From positions 256,001-320,000 of the forward strand of contig CAVOHZ010000003.1 in the NCBI GenBank assembly GCA_963695855.1: 64,000 bases of DNA. The letters run 5' to 3'. Position numbers and translations under genes: made by a program. Positions 45,194 to 56,386 of the stretch are shown here, piece by piece; within the stretch, counting starts at the first letter, position 1; each line of letters opens with the position of its first letter. This DNA comes from an uncultured Nitrososphaerales archaeon. GTDB lineage: Archaea; Thermoproteota; Nitrososphaeria; Nitrososphaerales; Nitrososphaeraceae. The notes beneath the pieces are model-generated. The model was not told the DNA's origin and did not search any database. It saw nothing but the letters and a program-made list of their open reading frames with translations.

Positions 45194-45496
45194 CTACAAA
45201 TAAACAGATAATGTGGAGATGAATGAATAAAAAAAATAACAATTATGAATTAAGATAAATATTTAATAATACTTCACATGGACATGGATATCGTATGTGT
45301 ACGATTGGATCAAATTATTCATATATCTATATAACACCAAAATCAGGAATACAATAATATTCAGTATATGAGGTGAACTAGTCTTAACTTAACAGACCAT
45401 TTAATTAGTTACTATATATGCATTCAATATATTCTTAAATTTCAACGCCTAACTTGTTATAAGTATTTATTTCCACCCTGATTTAATTTTATTAGA

Positions 45497-46297
45497 TTGA
45501 AATTTCTGCTTACAGAAACGCAATTAAATATCCTAATTATTAAAATCAATCGACCTGAGGTTTTAAATGCCTTGAATTTTGAGGTAGTTTCTGAAATATC
45601 TGAAACTCTAGATTCTATTCCAGCAGATGAAGAAATAAAAGCAATTATTATCACTGGCGAAGGAGATAAATCATTTTGTGTAGGGGGAGATCTGAAATAT
45701 GTATCTAATTTAACCCCTAATGAAGCCGAATTATATGCAATTCATGTACATAAACTATTGAACAAAATTGAAAATTTTGATACCCCAGTGATAGCAGCGA
45801 TAAATGGGTATGCTCTAGGAGGTGGATGTCAATTAGCCTTAGCGTGTGATCTAAGATTTGCTTCAAATAACGCCAGAATTGGACAAACAGAGGTAACAAT
45901 TGGCATTCCTCCGGGCTGGGGTGGAACTCAGAGATTGGCTAGAATTGTTGGAGTCTCAAAAGCTAAAGAATTAATTTATACTGGCAGAATAATCTCAGCA
46001 CATGAAGCAAAAGATATCGGATTAGTAAATGAAATAATTAAATTCGAAATGAATCAATCAAATAATAATAAAATTAATCATAAAAAAAAATTAAAACAAG
46101 AATCATTTATCTCTAGATGCATTTCTTTATGTGAATTAATAACCAGGAACAATTCTTTTGCACTTAAGATAAGTAAAACCTTGATCAATAAAGCAAGAGA
46201 TGTAAATATAGAAGGTGGTCTTTTGATGGAGAGATATGGTTGTAGTCTTTGCTTTACAAATCTGAATACGGAGAAGATTAAAGATTTATTATCTTAA
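45497..46297 (+). CDS. Enoyl-CoA hydratase/crotonase family protein
   Basis: INRPEVLNALN, FCVGGDL, AAINGYALGGGCQL, GQTEVTIGIPPGWGGTQRL. Confidence 0.92.
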   Translation: MKFLLTETQLNILIIKINRPEVLNALNFEVVSEISETLDSIPADEEIKAIIITGEGDKSFCVGGDLKYVSNLTPNEAELYAIHVHKLLNKIENFDTPVIAAINGYALGGGCQLALACDLRFASNNARIGQTEVTIGIPPGWGGTQRLARIVGVSKAKELIYTGRIISAHEAKDIGLVNEIIKFEMNQSNNNKINHKKKLKQESFISRCISLCELITRNNSFALKISKTLINKARDVNIEGGLLMERYGCSLCFTNLNTEKIKDLLS

Positions 46298-47284
46298 TAC
46301 TAGCGAAACATAACATTCGATTCTTATGATGTAGCGATTTAAGAAATAATTAAACGCTTGATAAATTCATTATTTCTTCTAAATAAATTAAATTAAATTA
46401 AATTAAATTTAAATATCTTTTAGCGACCAGATATGTCCAAATTAAGTTGTTTACTTCGTTTCACATTATTTCTTCCGAATTATTTCGATATTTTCCTTCG
46501 TTATAATCTGATACATTTCTGGATCATCATGGGATGATTCATAGTGAGGCGATTCGTAGTACTATTGTTCCTCTTCCTGTTCAACGTCAGCAGCTGTTGT
46601 TCTTTCGCCTGTTGTTGATCCTGATAACCTTCATGTTTCAGAAATCTTTTCTAAAAGTATCTCTTGAATGAATTTTACGTTATTTTATAAAGTTCATTGA
46701 ATATTCAATTTCATGTAGTTCTAGATTCAAATTAATGACTGGATATGTGGAAGACCTATTTTGGGATTTTGGTTCAGAAAATTTTATTGAAACATCTTGA
46801 TATTTTCAGGTTTAATATTAACCTTTTTTTCGTTGATACTAGAATTTTCTCTAAGTTTTAAATCATAATAACTCGAATAAATTCATTCCAAGAATACATA
46901 TATTTCAAAAATATTATTATATTTTTCAACTTTATGTTAAACTATATTTAAGAAAAGTCATATAGACCAATAAGATATAATAGGTGAGATACAAATAAGA
47001 TATTGTTATTTACAACTTGTCAAACACATCTTACTTTTTTTAACTCAAAAATAAAATATAGAGTACAAACAATAGCATAAAACTTGATTTTCAACCTATA
47101 TGTTTAACGGTAACAAAAAACATAAGACAATAATAAAAATAGAATTTTAATTTAAAACAACTATAATAAATACGACCTAGGATTCCTAATTCTATAAGGC
47201 TTAGATTTATTTGACTGTTGACAGCAATTTTTTATTTTATTTTTTTCCGAATAAATAATTTTTAAAACAAATTATAAATTGGAT

Positions 47285-48250
47285 TTAATTGTTATCCCCT
47301 GTCATTTCAAGATTTTCTATTTTATCTATCAATTCGTTCATCTTGGCCGTGAAAGGGTGTTTTGGATGTTTCAATACAGTCATAAATTCGCTACTATCAA
47401 ATTGAATATCACAATAACACGGCACGCTACTCATTACGTCCATAGCAAGATCTTTTTTCAATTTCTCTATGGTTTGAGATTGTTCATTTAGAACTACAGC
47501 ATAATTGATTTCTGGCGTATACGAATAATCTTGAAGATTTGGAGGAAGACAATAGCCTGCAACTCTATTCAAAAGAAGATATGATTTAACTCCTAATTTC
47601 ATAAATGAAGAATAAATTTCACTAGCCATTCTTCTAGTTCCCTCTATATCAATACCATCCATTTTTAAAGAGAGTAAAATCATATCTGCAATAGCCAAAG
47701 AATTTATTGACCAATATCTTATTCCTGGGCTTGTATCAATTATGATATAGTCAATATTCTTTTTTGATGCCATTTCTTCTTTAATATGAATAAATTTTCT
47801 CAATAATTCTATTTTTGATGAGTCGCTACGTATCGCACCATCAAGTTTTGCTATCTCGTTTTTTGAAGAGTTAGAAAAGGAAACAAAAAGTTTACCCATT
47901 TTTAAATTTTCATTATGATCGGATTCCTCAGAGAATTTCTCTACCTTGTTGGTAAGGTCGTATACAACCTCATCAAAATCAGCTACTTCAAAAAGAAAGT
48001 CATTGATCCATTTATCTGGAGATGTGTTAAAATAAGTTTGCAGGCTTGGTGCATAAACATCCATATCCAAAAGCAAAACATTCAGTCCTCTACGGGTTAG
48101 CAGAGCTGCGATATTTGAACTCATAGTAGACTTACCTGTACCACCCTTGTAGGAATGGAAGGCAATACATTTTTTCAATAAAATTGTAAATAAGTCGTGT
48201 TTATTAAAATTTTCATATATTGGGGAATTCAGTAATAAATTTAATTCCAA
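47285..48250 (-). CDS. MinD/ParA-family ATPase
   Basis: Deviant Walker A SYKGGTGKS, LLDMDVYAPSL, IIIDTSPG. True start may be downstream of the listed one. Confidence 0.9.
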   Translation of the reverse strand: MELNLLLNSPIYENFNKHDLFTILLKKCIAFHSYKGGTGKSTMSSNIAALLTRRGLNVLLLDMDVYAPSLQTYFNTSPDKWINDFLFEVADFDEVVYDLTNKVEKFSEESDHNENLKMGKLFVSFSNSSKNEIAKLDGAIRSDSSKIELLRKFIHIKEEMASKKNIDYIIIDTSPGIRYWSINSLAIADMILLSLKMDGIDIEGTRRMASEIYSSFMKLGVKSYLLLNRVAGYCLPPNLQDYSYTPEINYAVVLNEQSQTIEKLKKDLAMDVMSSVPCYCDIQFDSSEFMTVLKHPKHPFTAKMNELIDKIENLEMTGDNN

Positions 48251-48399
48251 AATAGATTAGACATTTGAAAAAAAATATTAAACTTTTATTTATTTTTGGT
48301 TGGTCTTGTTTTTCGATTTGAAAACTGGTTGTGAAACCTGTTGGGTATAGCCTGCCGCATTTTCTTTCGATAAAGATAATCAAATATGGGCTTCACCCT

Positions 48400-49700
48400 A
48401 TTTTTTAGGAAAATGTTTCCCATTATTTTATGGATACTATTTTTCATTACCAATATTCATCATCTTCTCCTCCTCAATATGTGGTGGCATCTTCCAATTT
48501 GAAATGAATTCATAATATCAGATATTATAGTGCGGAATGTATTCTGTTCTGCTTGTAGTCTAAAAATGCATCTCTGATTGCTAGTTCTGCTTGCTGATAG
48601 TTCTGAAAAACATTTGATCAGGTGTACTCCTTCTTTAGTGTTTTATGGAATGATTCGATGTGTCAGTTTTGTTCCTGGGTATTGTAGTAGATATGTTCTA
48701 ATTTCAATCCCAGTACCGATATGGATTTTCTAAATCCTCTGTTTGTATACTCATCCGTTGTCTGTTCCTATTACCAGATCTTGTGGTATTATTTTCTTGT
48801 GTATTAAACAAGATTTTCTACCAATATTATAGCGTTCTCTTTTACTGCGGATAGATCAAAACAGTAATAGATCCATTCCCTTGTCAATAAATTAAATACA
48901 TTGAATAGGTAACCCCATCTATCAATACCACAGTGTAGGTAGGTGAGATCTGCTTCCAATACCTGGTTTGGTCTACCTACTCTTACATTGAATCCTTTTG
49001 ACCGTATAATTTTCTTCTTATTTTTAGATGATGTAATATAACCCATCTTTCTGAAGATTCTCTGTATCTGCTTTCTATTGATTGGTCTACCTAATAGTCT
49101 TGTCAACATTGAATTGTAGCCATTCTTCTTGAACCAAAAGTTGGTCTTCGAGAAATTTGCTGAATCTCTTTTTCTATTGTTTATGATTATCGAGGTGGTA
49201 GTGCTGCAGTTACTGCAGTCACTGCAGCAATATGATTTGTATGATATTCCTTCTGTTCGCTGTGCCGATTGTTGTACTAGTACATATTTTACTACAACTA
49301 GAATATGTCGGTGTCTATCTAATACCCTTAGTATCGATGTTTAGTATTGTTTTGACCACTGCTAACCTTTTCTTCCTGTTTTTAACGTTTTTTAAATGGA
49401 TCTATTGCTGTTGTCTGTTCACCAATGATCTTCTTTAGTCTCTCAATCTCTGGTTATTTGTTCTTGTTTATCGTATTGTGTTTACTGCAACCTGAACGTG
49501 TCATCCTGTCACCATCGATGAATTTGTGTTTCCAGTTGTAGACCACGTCTGCATTGAGATTGTATTTTTTATACGATTGAGCTACTTTGATATTCGTAGT
49601 CAATGATTTCATTACAATCCTTGTCTTGTCTTCTGGTCTCTACGTTCTAATATTATTCTCATTCTTTATCTTTAACATCCTGCATCAGTATGAAATCCTA
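48400..49700 (-). mobile_element. Decayed IS3-family element (orfA/orfB remnants)
   Basis: orfA fragments VYNWKHKF and LKKIIGEQT; orfB fragments FGSRRM, INRKQIQRIFRKMG, RPNQVLEADLTY, HIESFHKTLK. Many stops; boundaries approximate. Confidence 0.8.
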
Positions 49701-50161
49701 TACTTGTCGTAATGATAGGAGTAAAAAAGTCTGCATTACAAGATGTTCTCATTTTCAATGGATCCAGACCAAATCCTGTCTTTTATTTAAGAAATTCTTC
49801 TGCTCTGTTATCAATATCCTTTGAATCTTTAACTGCGTTTCACAGATCGGTATCTAGCTCTGCTTTGGACATACTTCCAAATAGTTAACAATCTGTTGTT
49901 GTAATATATCTGGTTATTTGTATCAAAATTTTATCAGGCTTGAAAATACATATTTTCCAGTTTTTCAGAATATAGGAAATTTAGTTAGTAACTATAGTTT
50001 GGCATCATACACAAACTCGATGGCAGATCGCTTTTCCTATGTTAGATATGATAATTATCAAATATGATTTGAAAAAATAGGCTTATTGATATAAGTAATC
50101 TTATTTATTAGTTATAATCTTCTTTTAACATTATGATATTTGTTTTATAATCATTTTTAAA

Positions 50162-51748
50162 TTAAAATGTTATTTTTTTTGTCAAAGACTGGAACTTTAG
50201 AGGTAATTCAGAATTTCCAAAATTTTTGTCATCATATGCAGAATACATTTTTATCACCTGACCATGTTTTATCTGATGGTCTCCGATATAATGAATGATC
50301 TCTTTATATTTATCATCTAGTAGTATCAAATTTTCTGCCAGTGCTCCTTCTAACAAAATATGCCATCCATCACCTATATCCATCACTCTTCTTGCAAATA
50401 TAATACCAGGACCCCAAATATTCTGATTATTGTTAATATCGTTGACAATAAAAACTGACCCAGATGCCAATCCAATTCTGATACCAAGTTTGGAATCATC
50501 ATCAAAAGCATTTTCGTTGTGCTTGCGTATTTCATGATGCAACTGGATACTTAGTTCAAGAGGAGCTTCAGGGTTTGAGATGAATCCTATCGCCATACCA
50601 TCACCCGTTGCCAACACTTTTTTTTCAGTATTTTTTCGAAAAGCAGGACAGACAGATATCAAATTGTTTAGTAATTCTATCTTCTGTATCTGCTTTCTTA
50701 CAGATAACAACGGATTTGAAAGTCCTACTATATCTATAAAGAAAAAGTTTGCATCCAGAACTGTGGACTGTCCTATGTTAGTCATTCCAGAGTCTCCATA
50801 AATTCCATGCAATTTAATATAGACTTCTAAATGATTTTTATGAAAAGCCATATCTTGGTGAAAAACTGGATTTTCAGCAATTGGTATCTTACACACGCTA
50901 CAGATTAAGGATACTTTCTTTGATGAAGATGGTTCTTGAAAAAGCAATCTTCCAGTGCCGTTAGTATGGATATTGACCCATTTTGAAGGTATTTTTTCTC
51001 CTGTGAAAGAGGCTATTCGGATCATTCTTTTACTATCTTCAGCGTTTTTACCTTCCTCTATTTTCATTTCTAGTATTGTATCAAATAAGGTACTCACTTT
51101 TTCAATGATGTTCTCATCAAGTGTTAGATTATTTACCGTAAATATGGATTTGATTCCTTTGCTTTTTAGAAAGAGAGATAATAGATTAATAAAACGTAAT
51201 ACGTCTTTTTCCTCAAAAATTGTACATAGATGTGAAATTGAATCTAGTACTAAAACAGTATTATTACTATAACTATCTTTACTTGTTGAACCATCAATAG
51301 AAGCGAGATTCTCCTTATCTTTTGATGTTTCCAGACGATCAGGTCTATGCGAGTTTTGTTCTTTATTATTTTTACTATCTTTATCTATTTCTAAAAATCT
51401 TTGCTCGACTTCTTTAAGAGTTGAGAATAATTTATTATCTATGTTTAATTTATTGTGAATCTTTAAATCATCTGTATCCTCTTTTAGAAAAGGATTGACA
51501 AAAAGAGAATTAGAAAGAATTGTATCTGATATAACATTAGGAAAGAAATTTCGAAATTGTTTTAACATAATATTGGAACTTATGTAAATCACATGGTTAT
51601 TATTAGCCAGGGATTCAGCCAAAAAAGTTTTACAATAAGTTGTCTTGCCTACAGCCCTTGGGCCTATCAATAAGAAAAGATTATTGTCCTCTATCTCTTT
51701 ATATGATATTTTTCTTCCCAATAAGACATCAATACCAGGAATAGGCAT
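50162..51748 (-). CDS. KaiC/RAD55-like ATPase fused to CxxC..H..H linker and class III nucleotidyl cyclase domain
   Basis: GPRAVGKTT Walker A, VLVLDSIS Walker B, CSVCK...FHKNH, FFFIDIVG, TGDGM, IRIGLASG, NIWGPGIIFARRVMD. Confidence 0.85.
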   Translation of the reverse strand: MPIPGIDVLLGRKISYKEIEDNNLFLLIGPRAVGKTTYCKTFLAESLANNNHVIYISSNIMLKQFRNFFPNVISDTILSNSLFVNPFLKEDTDDLKIHNKLNIDNKLFSTLKEVEQRFLEIDKDSKNNKEQNSHRPDRLETSKDKENLASIDGSTSKDSYSNNTVLVLDSISHLCTIFEEKDVLRFINLLSLFLKSKGIKSIFTVNNLTLDENIIEKVSTLFDTILEMKIEEGKNAEDSKRMIRIASFTGEKIPSKWVNIHTNGTGRLLFQEPSSSKKVSLICSVCKIPIAENPVFHQDMAFHKNHLEVYIKLHGIYGDSGMTNIGQSTVLDANFFFIDIVGLSNPLLSVRKQIQKIELLNNLISVCPAFRKNTEKKVLATGDGMAIGFISNPEAPLELSIQLHHEIRKHNENAFDDDSKLGIRIGLASGSVFIVNDINNNQNIWGPGIIFARRVMDIGDGWHILLEGALAENLILLDDKYKEIIHYIGDHQIKHGQVIKMYSAYDDKNFGNSELPLKFQSLTKKITF

Positions 51749-51999
51749 GTTTATCAGAGATTGACCTGAATATTTATAGTTAAGTTATTAGTTTAAGAAT
51801 ATAATTTTGAAATAAAATTATGGTTGCTATATTTTTTACAGGTTTACTGGTAGTAAAATAATGACTTTATTAGATATAACCTTCTCGATCAAAAATATAA
51901 TACCAGTACATCTTTTTGCAATTAGATAAAATACACACTTTATTTTCAATGTAATTAACTACGGTCATCTCCTGGTATTTTATTCAATAATTTATTATC

Positions 52000-52400
52000 T
52001 TTAAATCCTGGAAAGCAATCTCTACCTTCTCTATCTAAAGTTCCTAATCTTCTAGTAAGATGGTATAACTTTTGAGGTAGCGGAACATAACTTTTTACTA
52101 GGTTCATATATCATACATCTCTATATATGTTCCTATGATTTAGATCAAACAAAAATTATGATAATGAATTAGTTACTTGTGTATGATTTGTAATATACAA
52201 GAAGTATTAGAAATCTGTCCTTTACTGAATTTTTGAAAAGTCTTCCTACTGCATGAATACATCTGATTCTCTTCTTTTGGATAAATGTTTTACCTAATAT
52301 TTTGGATATTTTCATTCTAATGGCTTGTATATTGAATCAATTTCAATAATTGCAATCCAGTAAAGCACCTGAACAATAACGGCTTTTCAGATATATGTCG
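52000..52400 (-). pseudogene. IS6-like transposase remnant
   Basis: Minus-strand fragments LYWIAII and HLSKRRES resemble the W.WIAIEP...SKERNM region of IS6 transposases. Confidence 0.4.
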
Positions 52401-52544
52401 TAATTTAGCAAATGAATAACGAATTGTCCTAGATGGCCTCTTAAATTTTCTTTTAATATTGTCTTCGACAAAAGAAATAATTCTAAGATTTTAGCAGTAT
52501 TTTTGATCTACTTGTTTTAAATTTCTTAAAAAAAGAATTAAATC

Positions 52545-52925
52545 TTGGATGTCTATAATATTTTGACATATAGAGAGATGGCCGCTAAAACTAAAAAAAA
52601 TGATAAAAAAAATGAGGAACAGTCAATAGACAGTAATCTTCCTAATCCTTTTACCTCCATGATAGAATTTTGGCAAAAATATTCAACAGATTGGATGGAA
52701 CAATATGGAGAATTTATAAAAGACATCCAACGGATTGGGGAGTTACAGAAAGAATCTCTGAAAAATACTCAAAGGATGAGTGAATTATATAAAGAATTAG
52801 TAGGTACTGTGGAAAATATGAATCTATTATACAAAGAATCTGTGAAAATTACAGAAAGGATGACAAGATATTGGGTAGATTATTCAAAATCTTTCTTTCA
52901 TGAAGAAAAAAAAGGCTCCGGCTAA
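52545..52925 (+). CDS. Helical protein, possibly phasin-like
   Basis: Amphipathic helices with NPF...FWQ...W and YW motifs. Likely start is the ATG at 52578. Confidence 0.6.
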   Translation: MDVYNILTYREMAAKTKKNDKKNEEQSIDSNLPNPFTSMIEFWQKYSTDWMEQYGEFIKDIQRIGELQKESLKNTQRMSELYKELVGTVENMNLLYKESVKITERMTRYWVDYSKSFFHEEKKGSG

Positions 52926-53355
52926 AATAAATTATATTTTACAAAGTCCTACAAAATGCATGAAAAATACAAAATAAATTTTATATTCATAAGGACATCT
53001 GTTTTGTAGCTTCTTTATTTATGTAGATGTGAATATACCGAAAAAATTGTAACGTAAAATGGATAGAAATATTCATTAGATAACATTTAGGAAAGCTATT
53101 TACGTATGGTAAAATTTATCTTTTGACCATCCTAAATATTATCTGAAAACTAAAAAATGGAATGGTGAAGTATTATACTAAAAATGGAGTCTTTTTTATA
53201 CGAAAAGTCAACGCAAATTATTTTTAATAGATTTTATTTTGTAGATCAATTATCGCTTCACAAACGAATCTCTACAACAAGATAAGTTTATTATAGAGAT
53301 CACTATTGAATTTCTTTTAGCAATACAAGACAGACAAAAAATTACCATAGATCTT

Positions 53356-53604
53356 TTAGTCAAAGCCTTCATGTTCATTCAGCATACCAAAACTGTTGTA
53401 AAATCTACATTCTGGTATACAACCAGTAAATTGGTTACATCCAATTCCATCATAACCACCCTGTCCATTATTTCTTCTGTACCATGAGCTTTTGTGAAAA
53501 TACCATTGTGATTTATATTCCTGATATTTAGCTTCTGGACTAATCTTTTTCAATACTTGGTTGTCTTCTGATAAGAATAACCTGTTCGCCACAAAGAATA
53601 ACAA
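53356..53604 (-). CDS. Hypothetical protein (Cys/aromatic-rich C-terminus)
   Basis: GYDGIGCNQFTGCIPECRFY; start uncertain. Confidence 0.5.
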   Translation of the reverse strand: MLFFVANRLFLSEDNQVLKKISPEAKYQEYKSQWYFHKSSWYRRNNGQGGYDGIGCNQFTGCIPECRFYNSFGMLNEHEGFD

Positions 53605-53879
53605 CAGTTTAACATTTATATGAATACAGTAAGATTAATCTGTAAAAAAATTCTCTATAAATATTCAGATATTTTAAAAATTTAGTAAATATATTACATT
53701 TCTATCTATCCCTAGGAAAGTTTATCAAATATTTCTAGATATTAAATCCAAAAAATAATCTGAAAATAAATCAATAATTGATTCTTTAATTTTCTTTAAT
53801 AATAAACTCACAATATTTGTATGTTCATTTAAAAAGGACACTTATGGATAAATATATATCGTGTTTTTAATTTGTTGAA

Positions 53880-54614
53880 CTATCGAGCATTATTCACACT
53901 ATTATATCTTTTTTCTTGTCCTATTGTTATTTCTTTTGATAATGATATAAGTATGACAGAAGCCAAAATTAATGCTATATTTGTTATAATGTTAGAAATT
54001 GTTTGTGGAAACAAGGATCCGCCTATGAGAGGAAAAACTATCGAAAAAAGAAACAAAACCCACCAGCGTTTAACATTAGAGTTCGAATCACTTAATGAGA
54101 ATTCTTTTGAAAGACCAGTAGCTTGGCTAAAAGTCCAAATTTCTTTCATAATATAATAAGGTTTCCAGAGATTAATAATAGGAAGGATACAATATGCTAC
54201 GGCCTTTATTGGTGAAGATTTCAGACCATGTACTTCTAATGAATAAAGATTGTTGTAAGATCTATAGAACCAATATAGAAAGATAATAGATATCGTTAGA
54301 AATACCATTGAATATAAGGCTCCGTACAAGTAGGTAAAATCTGAAGAAAAAATTGATACATGACCAGAGCCATTGGTCGTATGTGAATTTAGGCCAAGAT
54401 TGCCGTCTCCTGAAGTAGTCAATAAAATAATGCTCATTCCTATAGAAATCAGATTAAATAGTATACCAATACAAAGAACAATAGTTAAAAATAGAGAAAG
54501 TCTAGTAAGTGGAACATAGGAATGTAGTCTATCTGGATAGCTCATATTTATTCTTAAAAAAAACGGTAGATAAAAGCTTTTTAGAGTGAATGATGTTTGA
54601 AAAATAGCCAACAT
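53880..54614 (-). CDS. DUF4328-like membrane protein
   Basis: FLYWFYRSYNNL, PIINLWKPYYIMKEIW, VKRWW. Probable start is the MSYP ATG near 54545. Confidence 0.8.
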   Translation of the reverse strand: MLAIFQTSFTLKSFYLPFFLRINMSYPDRLHSYVPLTRLSLFLTIVLCIGILFNLISIGMSIILLTTSGDGNLGLNSHTTNGSGHVSIFSSDFTYLYGALYSMVFLTISIIFLYWFYRSYNNLYSLEVHGLKSSPIKAVAYCILPIINLWKPYYIMKEIWTFSQATGLSKEFSLSDSNSNVKRWWVLFLFSIVFPLIGGSLFPQTISNIITNIALILASVILISLSKEITIGQEKRYNSVNNAR

Positions 54615-55246
54615 ATCCTAAGTATTCCTACTAAATTTATTTTTTCAACAATACTGAATTATTTTAATCGGATTAAAATAGTTAAATTTTATATTTTCAA
54701 ACCTTTAATAAAATGTGTGACCTATATGAAATTTGTAAAGTGTGAATGAATTTATAACTTTTCAAAGACTTAAACTGGCAAACGCATATATTAAAAACAA
54801 AATATGTTCTAAAGAAATATTTATAGACTTCATATCATCTGAAGGAATTTAAAAATGGTGTCTGCGATTTTTTTATTATATTTTCTACCTAAATGGATAT
54901 TTGAGTTGAACAATAAAAAAAATGACATAGAAATTGTCAAAAATATGAGATACTGCCGTGTGGGGGAGGTAAAAAAAACCGTAGATCTAATCCACCTAAA
55001 TCAAAGGATGGGAATAGAACTAATATCATCTAATTTCATATCTATAAGATAGAAACTAAATGAAATATTCGTTTCGAGTCTCATTTAGTATTAGAATAGT
55101 TCTAGTATGAGGAAAATCTAAACTTAATTTTTGAAAGCAAATGATGATCTGTTTATTTGAAATATAACGATGGTATAATATTCAACAATAGAATAGATCA
55201 AATTAAATAAGATGTATCTTAAATATCAATACAGAGTTCAGATAAT

Positions 55247-55507
55247 ATGAATAAAGCCGATAAATGTAAAATTCATAATACTGCATATAGAAATGGCAAA
55301 ACATTCGAGCAATGCAAACAGGATGCGGTTTCTTTTACTGAGCATTTATCTAAAGAAATTGAAACCAATCAGGAGATCTCATGGTCTAAAGTACTTGAAT
55401 ATGTAGATCATGATGAACTCATTTACAAATTAACTCTAAAATATCTTAGGCAGAAAGGGTATGACATTGGTAATAACAAAACACCCATAATAAAAAAGAG
55501 CAAGTAA
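55247..55507 (+). CDS. Hypothetical protein
   Basis: 86-aa clean ORF with protein-like composition. Confidence 0.7.
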   Translation: MNKADKCKIHNTAYRNGKTFEQCKQDAVSFTEHLSKEIETNQEISWSKVLEYVDHDELIYKLTLKYLRQKGYDIGNNKTPIIKKSK

Positions 55508-55614
55508 AAAACGAATGGAAAAATCATAAAAGATGAATTACATCGTAGCAACAATAAAATAATAAAAGAAGTTGCTGGCTTGGTAACATTTTTATTCACC
55601 GGACATGAAAAATA

Positions 55615-55998
55615 TTAACGACCGCTTCCAGGTAAACCTATACCTTTAAAGGGTGATCGATATTCACTCTCTTTTATTATACCCTCTTTAGTAGTTACTT
55701 TAACGTCATCGATTTGGGTATCTGGTCTTGGGTAGAAAAAGAAAAATTCTCCTGGTTCGAGAATATTCATTTTCTGGATATCATTCTTTCCTAATATCAC
55801 CTCAATACCTGTTAATGGCTGCATACCAGTATTAGAAACCTTAACTCTGTAAAAAGTTCCTGAAATGTCAGTTTGATCTTTAATCGCATCTATTTCTAAC
55901 GCATAAGGGGGTTTATTTTGTTCCTTGTAAATAAGCAACAGAATGATTAAACAGGCTAATAAAATTGCCGATATAATGAGGTAATTGATTATTTTCAA
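55615..55998 (-). CDS. Membrane-anchored hypothetical protein (Ig/CARDB-like beta domain)
   Basis: N-terminal TM, then RVKVSNTG..PLTG and LEPGE patterns. Confidence 0.7.
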   Translation of the reverse strand: MKIINYLIISAILLACLIILLLIYKEQNKPPYALEIDAIKDQTDISGTFYRVKVSNTGMQPLTGIEVILGKNDIQKMNILEPGEFFFFYPRPDTQIDDVKVTTKEGIIKESEYRSPFKGIGLPGSGR

Positions 55999-56200
55999 AT
56001 CCTAGAAAATATTAATTCCTAAAGAATATTTGAATTATTGCATTAGGCTCGGTAACAAGAAGAAATATTTTTACAAAATTCGAATTTAATATTCGTATCT
56101 TTTGCTTTTGTTCTATATATTATTTCTAATTAAATCATTTATTACATAGATAAAGAGAAGTTTATCAAATTATTTTTTTATTCGCAAGCATATATAATGT

Positions 56201-56386
56201 GTGGCAATGCAAGAATGCACGTGTAATAATTCTCATATCAATAAAGTAATGGAAGTTTTCAAAGTATCAAGCCACTTGACTATATTAAAATGTACCAAGT
56301 GTGGGGGAGGTATTGGCGAATGGATAGATAAAGTTTCCCTATCCAAAAGATCATATGACGAAGATACTCGACAATTATTAAGATGA
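56201..56386 (+). CDS. Small zinc-ribbon protein
   Basis: CTC...CTKCGG motifs. Confidence 0.6.
   Translation: MAMQECTCNNSHINKVMEVFKVSSHLTILKCTKCGGGIGEWIDKVSLSKRSYDEDTRQLLR

Larger units (their letters stand above)
42792..45398 (+). mobile_element. IS6-type inverted ends enclosing nested IS110 and IS481
   Basis: ggtgctgttaagttaa (42792-42807) is nearly the inverse of ttaacttaacagacc (45384-45398). An IS6 C-terminal remnant YVYDWIKLFIYLYN lies at ~45293-45340. Confidence 0.65.

Noticed and set aside
46420-46860. Coding-like minus-strand stretch (…ERTTAADVEQEEEQ…)
   Set aside because: Multiple stops and no recognisable family; probably a decayed gene but not assignable.
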